Sequence record: SRR20825010_4798
Reading direction: 5' to 3' (one strand)
DNA length: 35,810 bases
The notes under the pieces are model-generated. The model made no database searches and had not been told where the DNA came from. It saw only the letters and a list, made by a program, of their open reading frames with translations. Shown here piece after piece: positions 26,648 through 35,810 of this stretch; the stretch's first letter is position 1, and each line of letters starts with the position of its first letter. Position numbers and translations under genes: made by a program.

Positions 26648-29053
26648 TCACTTTTTTTGTTTTATAAATTCAGTTATAGCTTTCTCCATATCATTGGTCT
26701 TTTCATAAAGGGCCATTATGGCCTCGTTTTCCTCGCCATCGGTTAGATAGGCGGCATAGACTTCAGGGGGTACCTCCAACCTGAAAATGTTGCTTTCTTT
26801 CCCAATCTTGATGAACATTTCGGTGTACTTGCGTGGTCCCGAAAGGTTGTTCTTTATGGATTTCAATTGGTTCAGGTCGTGGCTGGACAGGTTCAGCCTG
26901 TTCTTAATTTCCCCATAGCCCTTTTCGTTGTTCAGGCTATAGATGACCTGGGTATTTTCCAGTATGCTGGCCGAGGTGGAATTGTTGGGCAATTGGTTGA
27001 TGGATTGCAGGATGATCCCTATGGCCCCGTTCTGTTTTCGGATGGCCTGATAGTAGAATTCCACACTCTCCAGTACATTGTCGAATTTGAGCTGTTTGGC
27101 GAACTCATCGAAAAGGATGATGCCCTTTTCCGCTCGGTTTTTCCAGATGGTACGTTGGATGGCTGACTTGATCAGTTTGAGCATTACCGAAAGGATTTCC
27201 TTATTGTCCTTTACCTCGTCCAATTCAAAAACGATCAAGCGCTTGTCCTCGATTTTAAAGGTCTGGTCCTCGCTGACCTCGAACAGGAAGCTGTACAGCC
27301 CATTGCCGACATATTCGGACATAATGTGGAGGAAGCCGGGGATATTGAAGTAATCGGCCTGTATTTTAAGCTGGTCCAACAAATTGTTTTGATGTTCCTC
27401 AATAAAGTGATAGAAACTGTCCAGGGAATGGTTCTTTTTGACCATCTGATAATAATACAGCAGTATTTTTTTAATGGAGACGGACTGGGCCTTGGTGGCC
27501 TTTAGCTCAGAGGCCAACAGTTCAAAAAGAAATACCGAAAGGTCCTCCAATCGCTCCGGGGTAAGGTCTTTAGGATTGTGTACATAAAATGGGTTGATGC
27601 CCAGGTTCTTTCCGCTCTCATATCTCAGTACCGTATATTGTTCGGGATATAGTTTTGCAAACTTGGTGTATGATCCCCCTAGGTCGATGATGACCAACCT
27701 GACGCCGGCCTCGAAGTATTGCTGTAGGATATTGTTGGCTAGGAAGGACTTGCCTTCTCCCGTTGGGGCGAAAATGGCAAAATTCCGTGCCTTTATGCGC
27801 TTTTTCCTTTCGTCCCAGACATCCTTTAGGACTGGGATGTTGTGTTCCCGGTCGTTGAAGATAATCCCTGTAGCATCAGATTTGTAGTTGCTATTGTTGA
27901 TATACAGGCACAGTGCATGTTTCAGGTCGGTCACATAGAGATCCTCGTCCGAAAAATTGGGGGAGAAACAGAAATAACTATTAAGGATATAATTTTTTCG
28001 TTCCTCCCCCCTGGGGTAGTAGGGGACCATATCGAGTTCCTTGAATTCTGTCCTTATTTTTGAGCCTATTTTCGCAAGGCCCTTGGCTTCTAAATCCCAA
28101 AAGATGACATTGAGATGGCCACGAATGATTCGAGAGCTGTCATCGTTATTGATCTGGTCAAGGATATGTTGGACCTTTGCAAGCGTTACCTTGTTCTGGG
28201 AACCGAAATTGGAACTTTTCTTAAGCTCCTCGATCTTCTTGTCCAATAACTTGCGCCATTTGTGCTTGTCGTCCAGATAGATGATCTGGTTTACGATATG
28301 GTTCTCGTCCAATGCGAGGCCTATTCCATCGATGAACCCTTGATGAAACACAAAATCGTCCGAGGTAAACCGTTCATTGGTCTTGCTGCTTTGGACATTC
28401 TCCCCAAAGCAGAGCTCACTGTTTATGGCCAAAACATCAAAGAGATTCTCCCCAATAGAAATCTTGGACCTGTCCAAAAGGATGTCGGTATCAAAGCCTT
28501 CATTGAATCCATTAAAATAGTTGTCGGTTATGGAAAGGATTTCCTTTTCGGCCAAAGGAACGAACTGCATTTTGCGACTGTTGTTGATAAAGGAGACGGA
28601 GTCGTTTACGGAGTCCATAAAACTTTTAATCTGATCGTCCAGTTCCTGGGGAATACTTTGGGGCACTTTTCGGAACGGATTCACATATTTGGCATTGTTC
28701 GAGGCTTTGTTCTTGGTATGGATGAAAAACAGAAAGCATCTATGTTCAATGTACTCCCGACCCTTGAAATGCTCATGGGTAGCTTTGGCCAAAAAGGTGG
28801 TATTGGGCAAATTTTTAGAAGTGTATTGCTTCTTTAAATAAACATCCTGTTTGTGGATTACACATCCGATGGGCAAGGATTTTATGGCCTGGAACCAGCT
28901 GCCGTGGATATCCTCAAAATCCTTCTCGGAAAGGGAATGGATTTCTGGCAGGGAGCCTTCATGACATAGGATTACATTGCCATTATTGGCAAAGACCATA
29001 TTGGATTGTAAATCCGCAATTGGATGGTGTGCCGAAAGATTAATCTTGTCCAT
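26648..29053 (-). CDS. traG: TraG/VirB4 family conjugation ATPase
   Basis: 801 aa with IHKQD, Walker A APTGEGKS, IIDLGGSY, LFDEFAK and IRKQNG. Confidence 0.93.
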   Translation of the reverse strand: MDKINLSAHHPIADLQSNMVFANNGNVILCHEGSLPEIHSLSEKDFEDIHGSWFQAIKSLPIGCVIHKQDVYLKKQYTSKNLPNTTFLAKATHEHFKGREYIEHRCFLFFIHTKNKASNNAKYVNPFRKVPQSIPQELDDQIKSFMDSVNDSVSFINNSRKMQFVPLAEKEILSITDNYFNGFNEGFDTDILLDRSKISIGENLFDVLAINSELCFGENVQSSKTNERFTSDDFVFHQGFIDGIGLALDENHIVNQIIYLDDKHKWRKLLDKKIEELKKSSNFGSQNKVTLAKVQHILDQINNDDSSRIIRGHLNVIFWDLEAKGLAKIGSKIRTEFKELDMVPYYPRGEERKNYILNSYFCFSPNFSDEDLYVTDLKHALCLYINNSNYKSDATGIIFNDREHNIPVLKDVWDERKKRIKARNFAIFAPTGEGKSFLANNILQQYFEAGVRLVIIDLGGSYTKFAKLYPEQYTVLRYESGKNLGINPFYVHNPKDLTPERLEDLSVFLFELLASELKATKAQSVSIKKILLYYYQMVKKNHSLDSFYHFIEEHQNNLLDQLKIQADYFNIPGFLHIMSEYVGNGLYSFLFEVSEDQTFKIEDKRLIVFELDEVKDNKEILSVMLKLIKSAIQRTIWKNRAEKGIILFDEFAKQLKFDNVLESVEFYYQAIRKQNGAIGIILQSINQLPNNSTSASILENTQVIYSLNNEKGYGEIKNRLNLSSHDLNQLKSIKNNLSGPRKYTEMFIKIGKESNIFRLEVPPEVYAAYLTDGEENEAIMALYEKTNDMEKAITEFIKQKK

Positions 29054-29324
29054 AGCTGAGTAATGACGATTTTTTATTGCTGATGATTTTTGGGAATACC
29101 CCCCAAAGGGTAATTGGTTGTGAATTGTTTGTAATCCTGATCAAGGCTAAATACAGAGCAATATTGAATAACGAGACTCCGATAATCATGGCAAGACTGA
29201 ACGAGAAAATGATCAACATTAACGAACCGACCACACAAATCATTTGTAGTGCAAATAAGGAAATGGACAGGCCAAATATCATGGCCTGCTTTCTGATGTT
29301 CCGATATACCTCGAACCTTTTCAT
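29040..29324 (-). CDS. TraF/VirB3-like small membrane protein
   Basis: FEVYRNIRKQAMIFGL followed by two transmembrane segments; overlaps the traG start. Confidence 0.65.
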   Translation of the reverse strand: MKRFEVYRNIRKQAMIFGLSISLFALQMICVVGSLMLIIFSFSLAMIIGVSLFNIALYLALIRITNNSQPITLWGVFPKIISNKKSSLLSYGQD

Positions 29325-29412
29325 CTGTTGATATTTATTTGTTTTTTATTGGTCAGCTGCAATTCGCCATTAAACATCTCGATTACTGCCAAGATTTGTT
29401 TGGCTCATTTCA

Positions 29413-29700
29413 TTAGACCACTATTCCTATTAGATAGGTAAAGATGCCGACCACGGCACCTGCGATAAGGACAAAGACCAGTACCCTGGTTATACCCTTT
29501 TTAAGATCTGAATTTTCGCCAAAGAAATGGCCGGCGTTGAATAGGAAGCCGATAAGGAAAATGACCCCGAGTATAATGGGAAAGATGGTCCGGATAGTAT
29601 CAGAAACGTCATTGACAGAGTCTTCTATTCCCCCGATTTGGGCAAAAGTTGATCCTGTGGTCATAAGTAAGAGTAAGAGAGTTTTAAGTGGTTTATTCAT
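29413..29700 (-). CDS. TraE/VirB2-like pilin
   Basis: Signal peptide plus two hydrophobic helices; first gene of the tra operon. Confidence 0.65.
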   Translation of the reverse strand: MNKPLKTLLLLLMTTGSTFAQIGGIEDSVNDVSDTIRTIFPIILGVIFLIGFLFNAGHFFGENSDLKKGITRVLVFVLIAGAVVGIFTYLIGIVV

Positions 29701-29902
29701 GACTGTTCGTTTTTTATGCTCCCCTAATAATGTTGGAAAGACCGATTGATGAATTATTCGTTATGGAATTTCTAAAGGATGGCCGAAATCGATAGTAATT
29801 GAATAAATTTTAACAGTCGAAAGCGTTAAAATTTTGTGGAATGGGAACGATTTATTGTAAACGATGAAAATTGTGCAACACGCACTTTAAAAATCGAACA
29901 AA

Positions 29903-30559
29903 ATGAATCGTTTTTGGATAGTTTGCCTGTGGATAGGTTTTGCCCTGATTTGTATTCCCATACATTCTCAAGAGCATAAAAGGCCAATCGTAGTCCTTGA
30001 TCCAGGACATGGGGGTGTGGACCCAGGAGCAATCGGAATTAATGTGATAATGGAAAAGGTTATTGTTCTGGAGGTTGCCAAGGAGGCAATACGTTTGAAC
30101 AGGGAACTGTTTGGAAATACCTTGGATATCTACTTGACCAGATATAACGATACTTTAATTTCCTTGGGAGATAGGACCAAGTTAGTAAAGGCCTTAAATC
30201 CAGATTTTATTATTTCTATTCATTGTAACCAGGCTGATAGGAGGGAAGCCCAGGGAATTGAAGTCTATGTGCAGCAACCAAATTCTAAGACGAATTCATA
30301 CCTTCGATCTAAATCCGAAAACTTAGGGGAATCATTATTGTCTGAATTCGATAAAGCTTTGGGGTTTAAAATTAGGGGATTGAAATATGCAAATTTTCAG
30401 GTATTACGTGATACCCAAGACATTTGTCCGGGAGTGTTATTGGAATTGGGTTTTTTGTCCAATTGGGAGGAGGCGGAGCATAGTAGGAGGAGGGAGAGTG
30501 TTATGGGGTATGGGATTGTTATACTACAAGTAATTTTAAAAACTTTGGAGTCAATGTAG
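29903..30559 (+). CDS. N-acetylmuramoyl-L-alanine amidase (Amidase_3)
   Basis: Zinc-amidase motifs VVLDPGHGGVDPGA, EK, ISIHCN and VLLELGFLSN, plus a signal peptide. Confidence 0.93.
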   Translation: MNRFWIVCLWIGFALICIPIHSQEHKRPIVVLDPGHGGVDPGAIGINVIMEKVIVLEVAKEAIRLNRELFGNTLDIYLTRYNDTLISLGDRTKLVKALNPDFIISIHCNQADRREAQGIEVYVQQPNSKTNSYLRSKSENLGESLLSEFDKALGFKIRGLKYANFQVLRDTQDICPGVLLELGFLSNWEEAEHSRRRESVMGYGIVILQVILKTLESM

Positions 30560-31020
30560 AACCGATAGAATTATTACGAACAGTACAAGAATTTCATAAG
30601 ATTAATGAAACACCACCTTAAATCAAGATTGGCGCGCTGAAAAGGTATTCCTTTAAATTGTGGATTGTCCATTTTTTGGGTAGTGTCCCGAAAAAGAGTC
30701 TTTCAGTGACATATTGTGAATAGCTTTCAATAATTCTATATATAAACGATCATCCCTTATGATGTTTTCTTTCGTTAAGGCTGGTTTATTGGTTTTCTAA
30801 TAGCGTCCTGTATTTAATTTTAAGCTGTTGGTATTTCTCCATATCATCCTTGGAATGATTTCCGAATTCGTCTCAATTATCATTTTTAATGTTATTAGCC
30901 CATAGAAATATAAGGATTCTTTCAAATTCATCCGTGGAGCCTTTTATTTCAATTCTTGCCATATAATGATCGTGGATTTGGAGATTGATTTTAGCCAAGG
31001 TCTTTATTAGGTTTTCGCAT

Positions 31021-31513
31021 TTATCGCTTTATGAAATAGCTAATTAGTGTAAGGTCTGAACTGTCAGATTCATCCTTGATGACTTTAAACCGTTAATTTT
31101 AATTTCCAATCAATATATTTATAGGTTAAAGTTCTGAGAACAAATCCTTGATTCCAAATAAGGTCAAATTTATGAGATTCTATTTCCATTTCATCCGTAG
31201 CAATACGCCCCAATCACAATCTGAAAGATGACAAGCACCCCACATTTGGATATAAAATCGATTATTGTCATAACGAATATTAAATTTCATAATGGATTCT
31301 ATTTTCTCATCTTCGTTCATCCCTAAGCCGCTAAAGACGTCATTTACAAGTTCTTTCAATACCGAATTTTTGGAAATTGTTGATATTGCCACTTTGTTGA
31401 CAAAGTAATTCTTCATCTAAACTTTTCACCACATTATTATCTTTGTTTGTTGTCTTGTTTTTGTAACTCGAAACCGTAATAAAAATAAAGATTATGTAAA
31501 AGATTGTTTTCAT
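31021..31513 (-). pseudogene. Frameshifted remnant of a probable lipoprotein gene
   Basis: A signal-like MKTIFYIIFIFITVSSYKNK starts at 31513. FYIQMWGACHLSDCDWG follows in a second frame, then FDLIWNQGFVLRTLTY after another frame change. Confidence 0.45.
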
Positions 31514-31574
31514 CGTTGTTGAATTTGCTCTTTTTATGTATAAAACCTATCTTAAATCTATAATAGAAGTGAAT

Positions 31575-32614
31575 TGCCCCGACACCGAGATGGTGGTCCA
31601 CGATATTTCTTCCCAATTGATCCTAGTCGTAGCCCATCCCGTTTGGGAAGCGATTGGATTTGGATTGCATTAATATAAATGTTGAGACAATGGCCTAGGC
31701 GCATAAGATAATTAACTTGGCCTTGAATTCATAGGCCTTCTTGGTGACCCTATCGATGAGCTTAACTCCTTTTGCCCCTTTCGTATCTGGATCTTACATT
31801 ATCTCATGTAGGATGGAACCGGGTCTCAACGACATATTTGCGGTACGTTCGGCAGCAGGCAAGGTAGATGAACTACTGCTAAATTACGCCCCGGACGGGC
31901 TACCCCGAATGCATCGGTTTCGGAACATGCAATGTTGCCACCCTTCGAATTTTTTGGTTGCCGGATCTTGACGACCTTTCCTGCCGTGTCCACACTGCCA
32001 TCAAAATTCTCGCCCACCTTTTCGCGAAATCGTTGTTCGACACAATTAAGGGCCATCATCGGTAGTAACTGGCCATCGGGTAATTATTCCAACCCTAGAT
32101 TTTCTCCCTACACTCCAATGTAGGTCTCTGTTTTATCTTACCAAGGGGCGATATCCTTATATCTAACGGGCTAATCCACTGGGATTCCCTCTCGCTGGTT
32201 GGCGGTAAAATTGATATCGCTCCAACAGTAACTATGTCGTCCCCACATGATAGAACGCCCACCCACATGGTAGCCACGCATCCAGTCAAAACGTTTGATT
32301 TCGTTATAGGGGTGTTCCAAATCGTTCGCGAACCACAGGGTACTCGCCGTATTGGTCGTGTACCCGGTCCTAATTTGCTTTGGTTGATTTTTAAATCTTC
32401 TTGGGTAGGTTGTCCCTCCGTTTGGTAGGTCTCAAGGATCTTTATAGGCAATCGGATAGTCCTAGATATGGCGTACCAACTTTTCCCGCTCCAGAACCAA
32501 GGTCTGAAGACCGTTCTCACAAAGTTCCTTGGCGACCCAGCCACCGCTGATGCCGGTTCCCACAACAATTGCATCATAGGATTGCTCTTCTTCGTTGTTA
32601 TAGAATTTTTTCAT
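31575..32614 (-). pseudogene. GMC family oxidoreductase pseudogene, 3' truncated
   Basis: The ATG at 32614 gives MKKFYNNEEEQSYDAIVVGTGISGGWVAKELCENGLQTLVLE (GxGxxG) then TAG. Later fragments in shifting frames read WMRGYHVGGRSIMWGRHSY, SSTLPAAERT and QSKSNRFPNGMG..QLGRNIVDHH. Confidence 0.88.
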
Positions 32615-32752
32615 CGTCAAATCTTTTAAAAAGCCGTTCATTCTTTCGCTATCTTAAAATGTATTAATGACTTTGTGTGCACATTTTTATCATCTTTGAG
32701 CATTTGGTTTTCTAATCGGACACCATAGTTCATATAACCATTTGTCAATTAT

Positions 32753-33958
32753 CTATACCCTGTAGTCTTTCAGAAACCTTAAATGGGGAAGAAAGGTGAG
32801 TAAAAGCATTGTCGTACGTACCATTTGATAGGAAACCCAATTAGCCAACCTATTAAATATACCTGCTCTTTGTCTAAGACGCTCCTTTGTAATTTCGCTA
32901 CACTCGTTGATAACCTTTTCAAAGTCGGCGCGAAGGTTTTCGGCAAATTCTACGGAGTGAATTTCCACGTTCATTTCAATACTACCGTAGCAACTAAGAC
33001 TGTTCAGGTTAAATGAGCCTACAGTGGACCATTTTTTGTCTACCACGGAAGCTTTACCATGCACCACGGATCTGTTCCACTCATATATCCTCATATGGTG
33101 GTTTAAAAAAGAGGAATACAAATGTTGGGTTGCCCTACATACCAACGGCACATCACTAATGCCTGCTAAGATTACCGTTGTCTTTATTCCTCTTTTACAG
33201 GCTTTTTTCAATGCCTTTGCTATTATGCTGCCAGGTAAAAAATACGAACCTACGATTACTATCTCTTTTTCGGCATGGAGAATGGCATTGGTATAGGCAT
33301 CGCAGACTTCCGTTTTGTTTTTAAGCCAGTCGTTCTGTAAGATTCCTACCCTTGCTTTGTCCATTAAATGCATGACGGGCTTTATTTTTTTTGAACTTCC
33401 CTGTTTAAAAAAATAGTCAGCGCATAGTCTTTGTAAATGGATTGCTGCGGGGCAATCCAACTGCACGGCGTAATCAAGCCAAGGTTCCGATTCAGGTGTG
33501 CCGTGGTATTTATCGGCGATATTGATGCCGCCTATCAGTGCTGTTTTTTCATCAGCTACGACTATCTTATGGTGCATACGCCTACCGAGATAAAAATTGT
33601 TCCAAGAGTACAGAGGGGAGAAAAACCGTAGTGAAATGCCATATTGTACCAAATCGTTTACATAACTATCGGGAAGCGCAGCACTGCCATAGGCATCCAG
33701 TAAAACATACACTTTGACTTTTCGTTGGGCGGCTTCCTTCAGAAGGGCAGCTATCCGATTTCCTGTACTATCGTTTTCAAAAATGTAGGTTTGTAGATGG
33801 ATTTCCTTTTTGGCATTTTCAATTATTTTTCCCAACCTATAGAAATAATCTTCGCCCGAATGGACCAACTCGATATATTCTTCTTCATGATGCATTTCAC
33901 CCATTATTTTTCTGATATTTTTCTTTTGTTGATTTAAAATCTTCCCATCTTTTTCCAA
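32753..33958 (-). CDS. clsB: Phospholipase D family cardiolipin synthase, ClsB-like
   Basis: Two HKD motifs (HHKIVVAD...GGINI and HGKASVVD...GSFNL) and no N-terminal transmembrane segments. The true start may be a downstream ATG. Confidence 0.85.
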   Translation of the reverse strand: MEKDGKILNQQKKNIRKIMGEMHHEEEYIELVHSGEDYFYRLGKIIENAKKEIHLQTYIFENDSTGNRIAALLKEAAQRKVKVYVLLDAYGSAALPDSYVNDLVQYGISLRFFSPLYSWNNFYLGRRMHHKIVVADEKTALIGGINIADKYHGTPESEPWLDYAVQLDCPAAIHLQRLCADYFFKQGSSKKIKPVMHLMDKARVGILQNDWLKNKTEVCDAYTNAILHAEKEIVIVGSYFLPGSIIAKALKKACKRGIKTTVILAGISDVPLVCRATQHLYSSFLNHHMRIYEWNRSVVHGKASVVDKKWSTVGSFNLNSLSCYGSIEMNVEIHSVEFAENLRADFEKVINECSEITKERLRQRAGIFNRLANWVSYQMVRTTMLLLTFLPHLRFLKDYRV

Positions 33959-34079
33959 TATAACGACAGACCTTACATTGGTCGGGGCCGAATTGCTTCT
34001 ATCAATAGCGACGAGGATATTTTCAATTAATCTAAAGACATTTCTATAGAATCATCTTCGAATATGAAATCATTTCCTG

Positions 34080-35288
34080 CTATTGCCTTAAATAATACAC
34101 CAATCCTATTACAATCAAAACGACCGATCCTGCAATTATAAAGGGATAATAAAACCCACCGGCGAGTAACCAAGTTCCCAATATGGGGCCTAAAATCTGT
34201 CCGATACTGTTCGTAGAACTTTGTATGGAAATATTTCTGCCCGTATCTTCCTTGGATATCAAAGATACCGACGAAAGCAGATTGGGAGTGACCATGGCAC
34301 CTCCGCTGGCAAAGAGAATTATCAGGCCATATACAGATAATTCATTTCGCAAAAAAGGAAACACTACGAGCGATATCCCTGTTATCAATAAGCCTAACGT
34401 GATTTGCTGTTTCGTGGTCATGATTTTTTCCCCATAAGTTGCAAAAACGGGCTGTAAGGCTGCCATCACAGAACCGCAAAGCATAAAGCCAATACCGACT
34501 TGACTACTATTGAACTCTAATTCATTCTTACCATAAATTGAAAATACGGTTTCAAAGAGGGTCACAACAAATTGCATAACGAAAGACAGCGTTAATAGCA
34601 CTATAAAATAGCGACTAAAGGAGACACTGAGCTTAGTCTCTTTTTTACTAATCTTGGCTACTATGGCTGTGTTATTTAGCCATTTTATTATAACGAACAA
34701 TACGATTAAACCTAATACTGCAGCAAAAAGAAAAGGAACCGAAAAACGGTCTAAATGGAATAACCCAAATGAGTACTTCAAATGGACATTGGTCTGTGAT
34801 AAAAGACCACCCAACACAGGGCCGAAGATAAGACCGGAACTAATGGCAACCCCGGACCATGCCATTATCTTGGTCCTCCGTTTCTCCGAAGTTATGTCAC
34901 TAAGATAGGCATTGCTTACAGGGATTACGGATGAAGTGAATACTCCCCCTAAGATGCGGGCGACATACAACATCGTAAGCGAAGTGGCCAGGCCGGTCAG
35001 CAAGTTCATTGTTATAAAACCGATAAGTCCGACTAAAATTATGGACTTACGACCATATTTATCGGAAAGTCTACCCCATACAATCACAAAAATGAGCTGG
35101 AAAAGTGGGTAAATGCTGGTCAACATTCCGATATGGAAATTTATCAGGTCGGGATCTACATCATCCTTTAGTGCCAATCTTTCCGTATAATAGGGAAGAA
35201 TGGGCAATAGGATACCATACCCTAACATTACCACAAATAGGCTCAACAGAATCAAAAATATCCTGTTGAGCTTTTCTTTCTTGTTCAT
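34080..35288 (-). CDS. MFS transporter, DHA1-like
   Basis: About 12 hydrophobic segments, motif A GRLSDKYGRK and GLIFGPVLGG. Confidence 0.9.
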   Translation of the reverse strand: MNKKEKLNRIFLILLSLFVVMLGYGILLPILPYYTERLALKDDVDPDLINFHIGMLTSIYPLFQLIFVIVWGRLSDKYGRKSIILVGLIGFITMNLLTGLATSLTMLYVARILGGVFTSSVIPVSNAYLSDITSEKRRTKIMAWSGVAISSGLIFGPVLGGLLSQTNVHLKYSFGLFHLDRFSVPFLFAAVLGLIVLFVIIKWLNNTAIVAKISKKETKLSVSFSRYFIVLLTLSFVMQFVVTLFETVFSIYGKNELEFNSSQVGIGFMLCGSVMAALQPVFATYGEKIMTTKQQITLGLLITGISLVVFPFLRNELSVYGLIILFASGGAMVTPNLLSSVSLISKEDTGRNISIQSSTNSIGQILGPILGTWLLAGGFYYPFIIAGSVVLIVIGLVYYLRQ

Positions 35289-35809
35289 TATTTTTTTCCG
35301 ATTCTTCTCTTTAATAATTGTGCGTTGATAGCCACAATGATGGTAGACAAGCTCATGAATACCGCACCTACGGCAGGACCCAGAACAAATCCTGACGAAT
35401 ACAAAACTCCAGCTGCTAATGGAATAGCCACTACATTATAACCGGTAGCCCAGATCAGGTTCTGGATCATCTTGTTATAGGTGGCTTTCCCGAATAAAAT
35501 CAGGTTGGCGATGTCCTTCGGATTGCTGTTGACAAGAATAATATCGGCGGTCTCAGCGGCAACATCGGTACCGGATCCAACGGCAATACCGACATTGGCC
35601 TTGGCCAATGCGGGGGCATCGTTCACACCGTCGCCCGTCATAGCTACGAATTCTCCTTTGTTTTGTAATTCATTTACGATTTCAACTTTTTGGTGAGGCA
35701 ATACTTCGGCATAGTAGCCATCCAACCCTAGTTTTTCACTAACAGCCTTAGCTGTTTTTTCGTTATCGCCAGTTGCCATCAGAACTTTAATGTTATTCTT
35801 TTTAAATAT
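35288..35809 (-). CDS. Copper-translocating P1B-type ATPase, C-terminal part (5' part outside window)
   Basis: TGDN, MTGDGVNDAPAL, YNVVAIPLAAG and MSLSTIIVAINA; the frame is open to the window edge. Confidence 0.92.
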   Translation of the reverse strand: MFKKNNIKVLMATGDNEKTAKAVSEKLGLDGYYAEVLPHQKVEIVNELQNKGEFVAMTGDGVNDAPALAKANVGIAVGSGTDVAAETADIILVNSNPKDIANLILFGKATYNKMIQNLIWATGYNVVAIPLAAGVLYSSGFVLGPAVGAVFMSLSTIIVAINAQLLKRRIGKK

Positions 35810-35810
35810 T

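Larger units (their letters stand above)
11721..30559. mobile_element. Core of a Bacteroidota integrative conjugative element (boundaries not visible; probably extends beyond these coordinates)
   Basis: rteC, excisionase-like gene, ssb, mobilisation/relaxase/coupling genes and traG/J/K/M/N-like genes are clustered here. No integrase or att site is present in the window. Confidence 0.9.

Noticed and set aside
25574-28837. Long plus-strand ORFs (25574-26008, 25765-26418, 28262-28837)
   Set aside because: They are antisense shadows of well-supported tra genes.
31826-32577. ORFs 32095-32577 and 31826-32059 as independent genes
   Set aside because: They are mixed-frame pieces of the GMC oxidoreductase pseudogene.
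34080-35288. Calling the MFS gene tetA and linking it to rteC induction
   Set aside because: DHA1-like motifs do not specify substrate, there is no TetR nearby, and the gene is coupled to a copper ATPase.
1-35810. Integrase, att sites, IS elements, tRNA or rRNA genes
   Set aside because: None was recognisable by eye, so the element boundaries cannot be set from this window.

Overview
This window looks like Flavobacteriaceae/Bacteroidota DNA (inferred from gene families) and is dominated by the core of a CTnDOT-related integrative conjugative element. The core holds rteC, an HTH_17 excisionase, a replication initiator/loader-like pair, ssb, a candidate oriT, BfmA/BtgA, a MobB-type relaxase, a coupling protein, a compact tra operon and a divergent amidase. 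No integrase or att site is visible. Left of rteC lies an unusual cluster: SusC/SusD, an M16 zinc peptidase, a small secreted two-Cys protein (DUF6520-like), a MauE/DoxX CxC membrane protein, a HAMP-PAS-AraC regulator, a STAS/SpoIIAA-like protein, and an alpha-oxoamine-synthase/GNAT fusion that ends 23 bp before rteC. Two promoter regions in this cluster share an 18-bp motif repeated with 21-bp period. My main hypothesis (inference) is an undescribed small-molecule and/or peptide signalling system that controls ICE transfer. Other observations are a highly structured candidate leading region before ssb, a catalytically degenerate EEP nuclease, and a Fic gene preceded by six phased repeats. The right end holds decayed genes (a GMC oxidoreductase and a lipoprotein), then a cardiolipin synthase, an MFS transporter and the 3' end of a copper P-type ATPase. 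All family calls come from motif recognition by eye; no searches were run.
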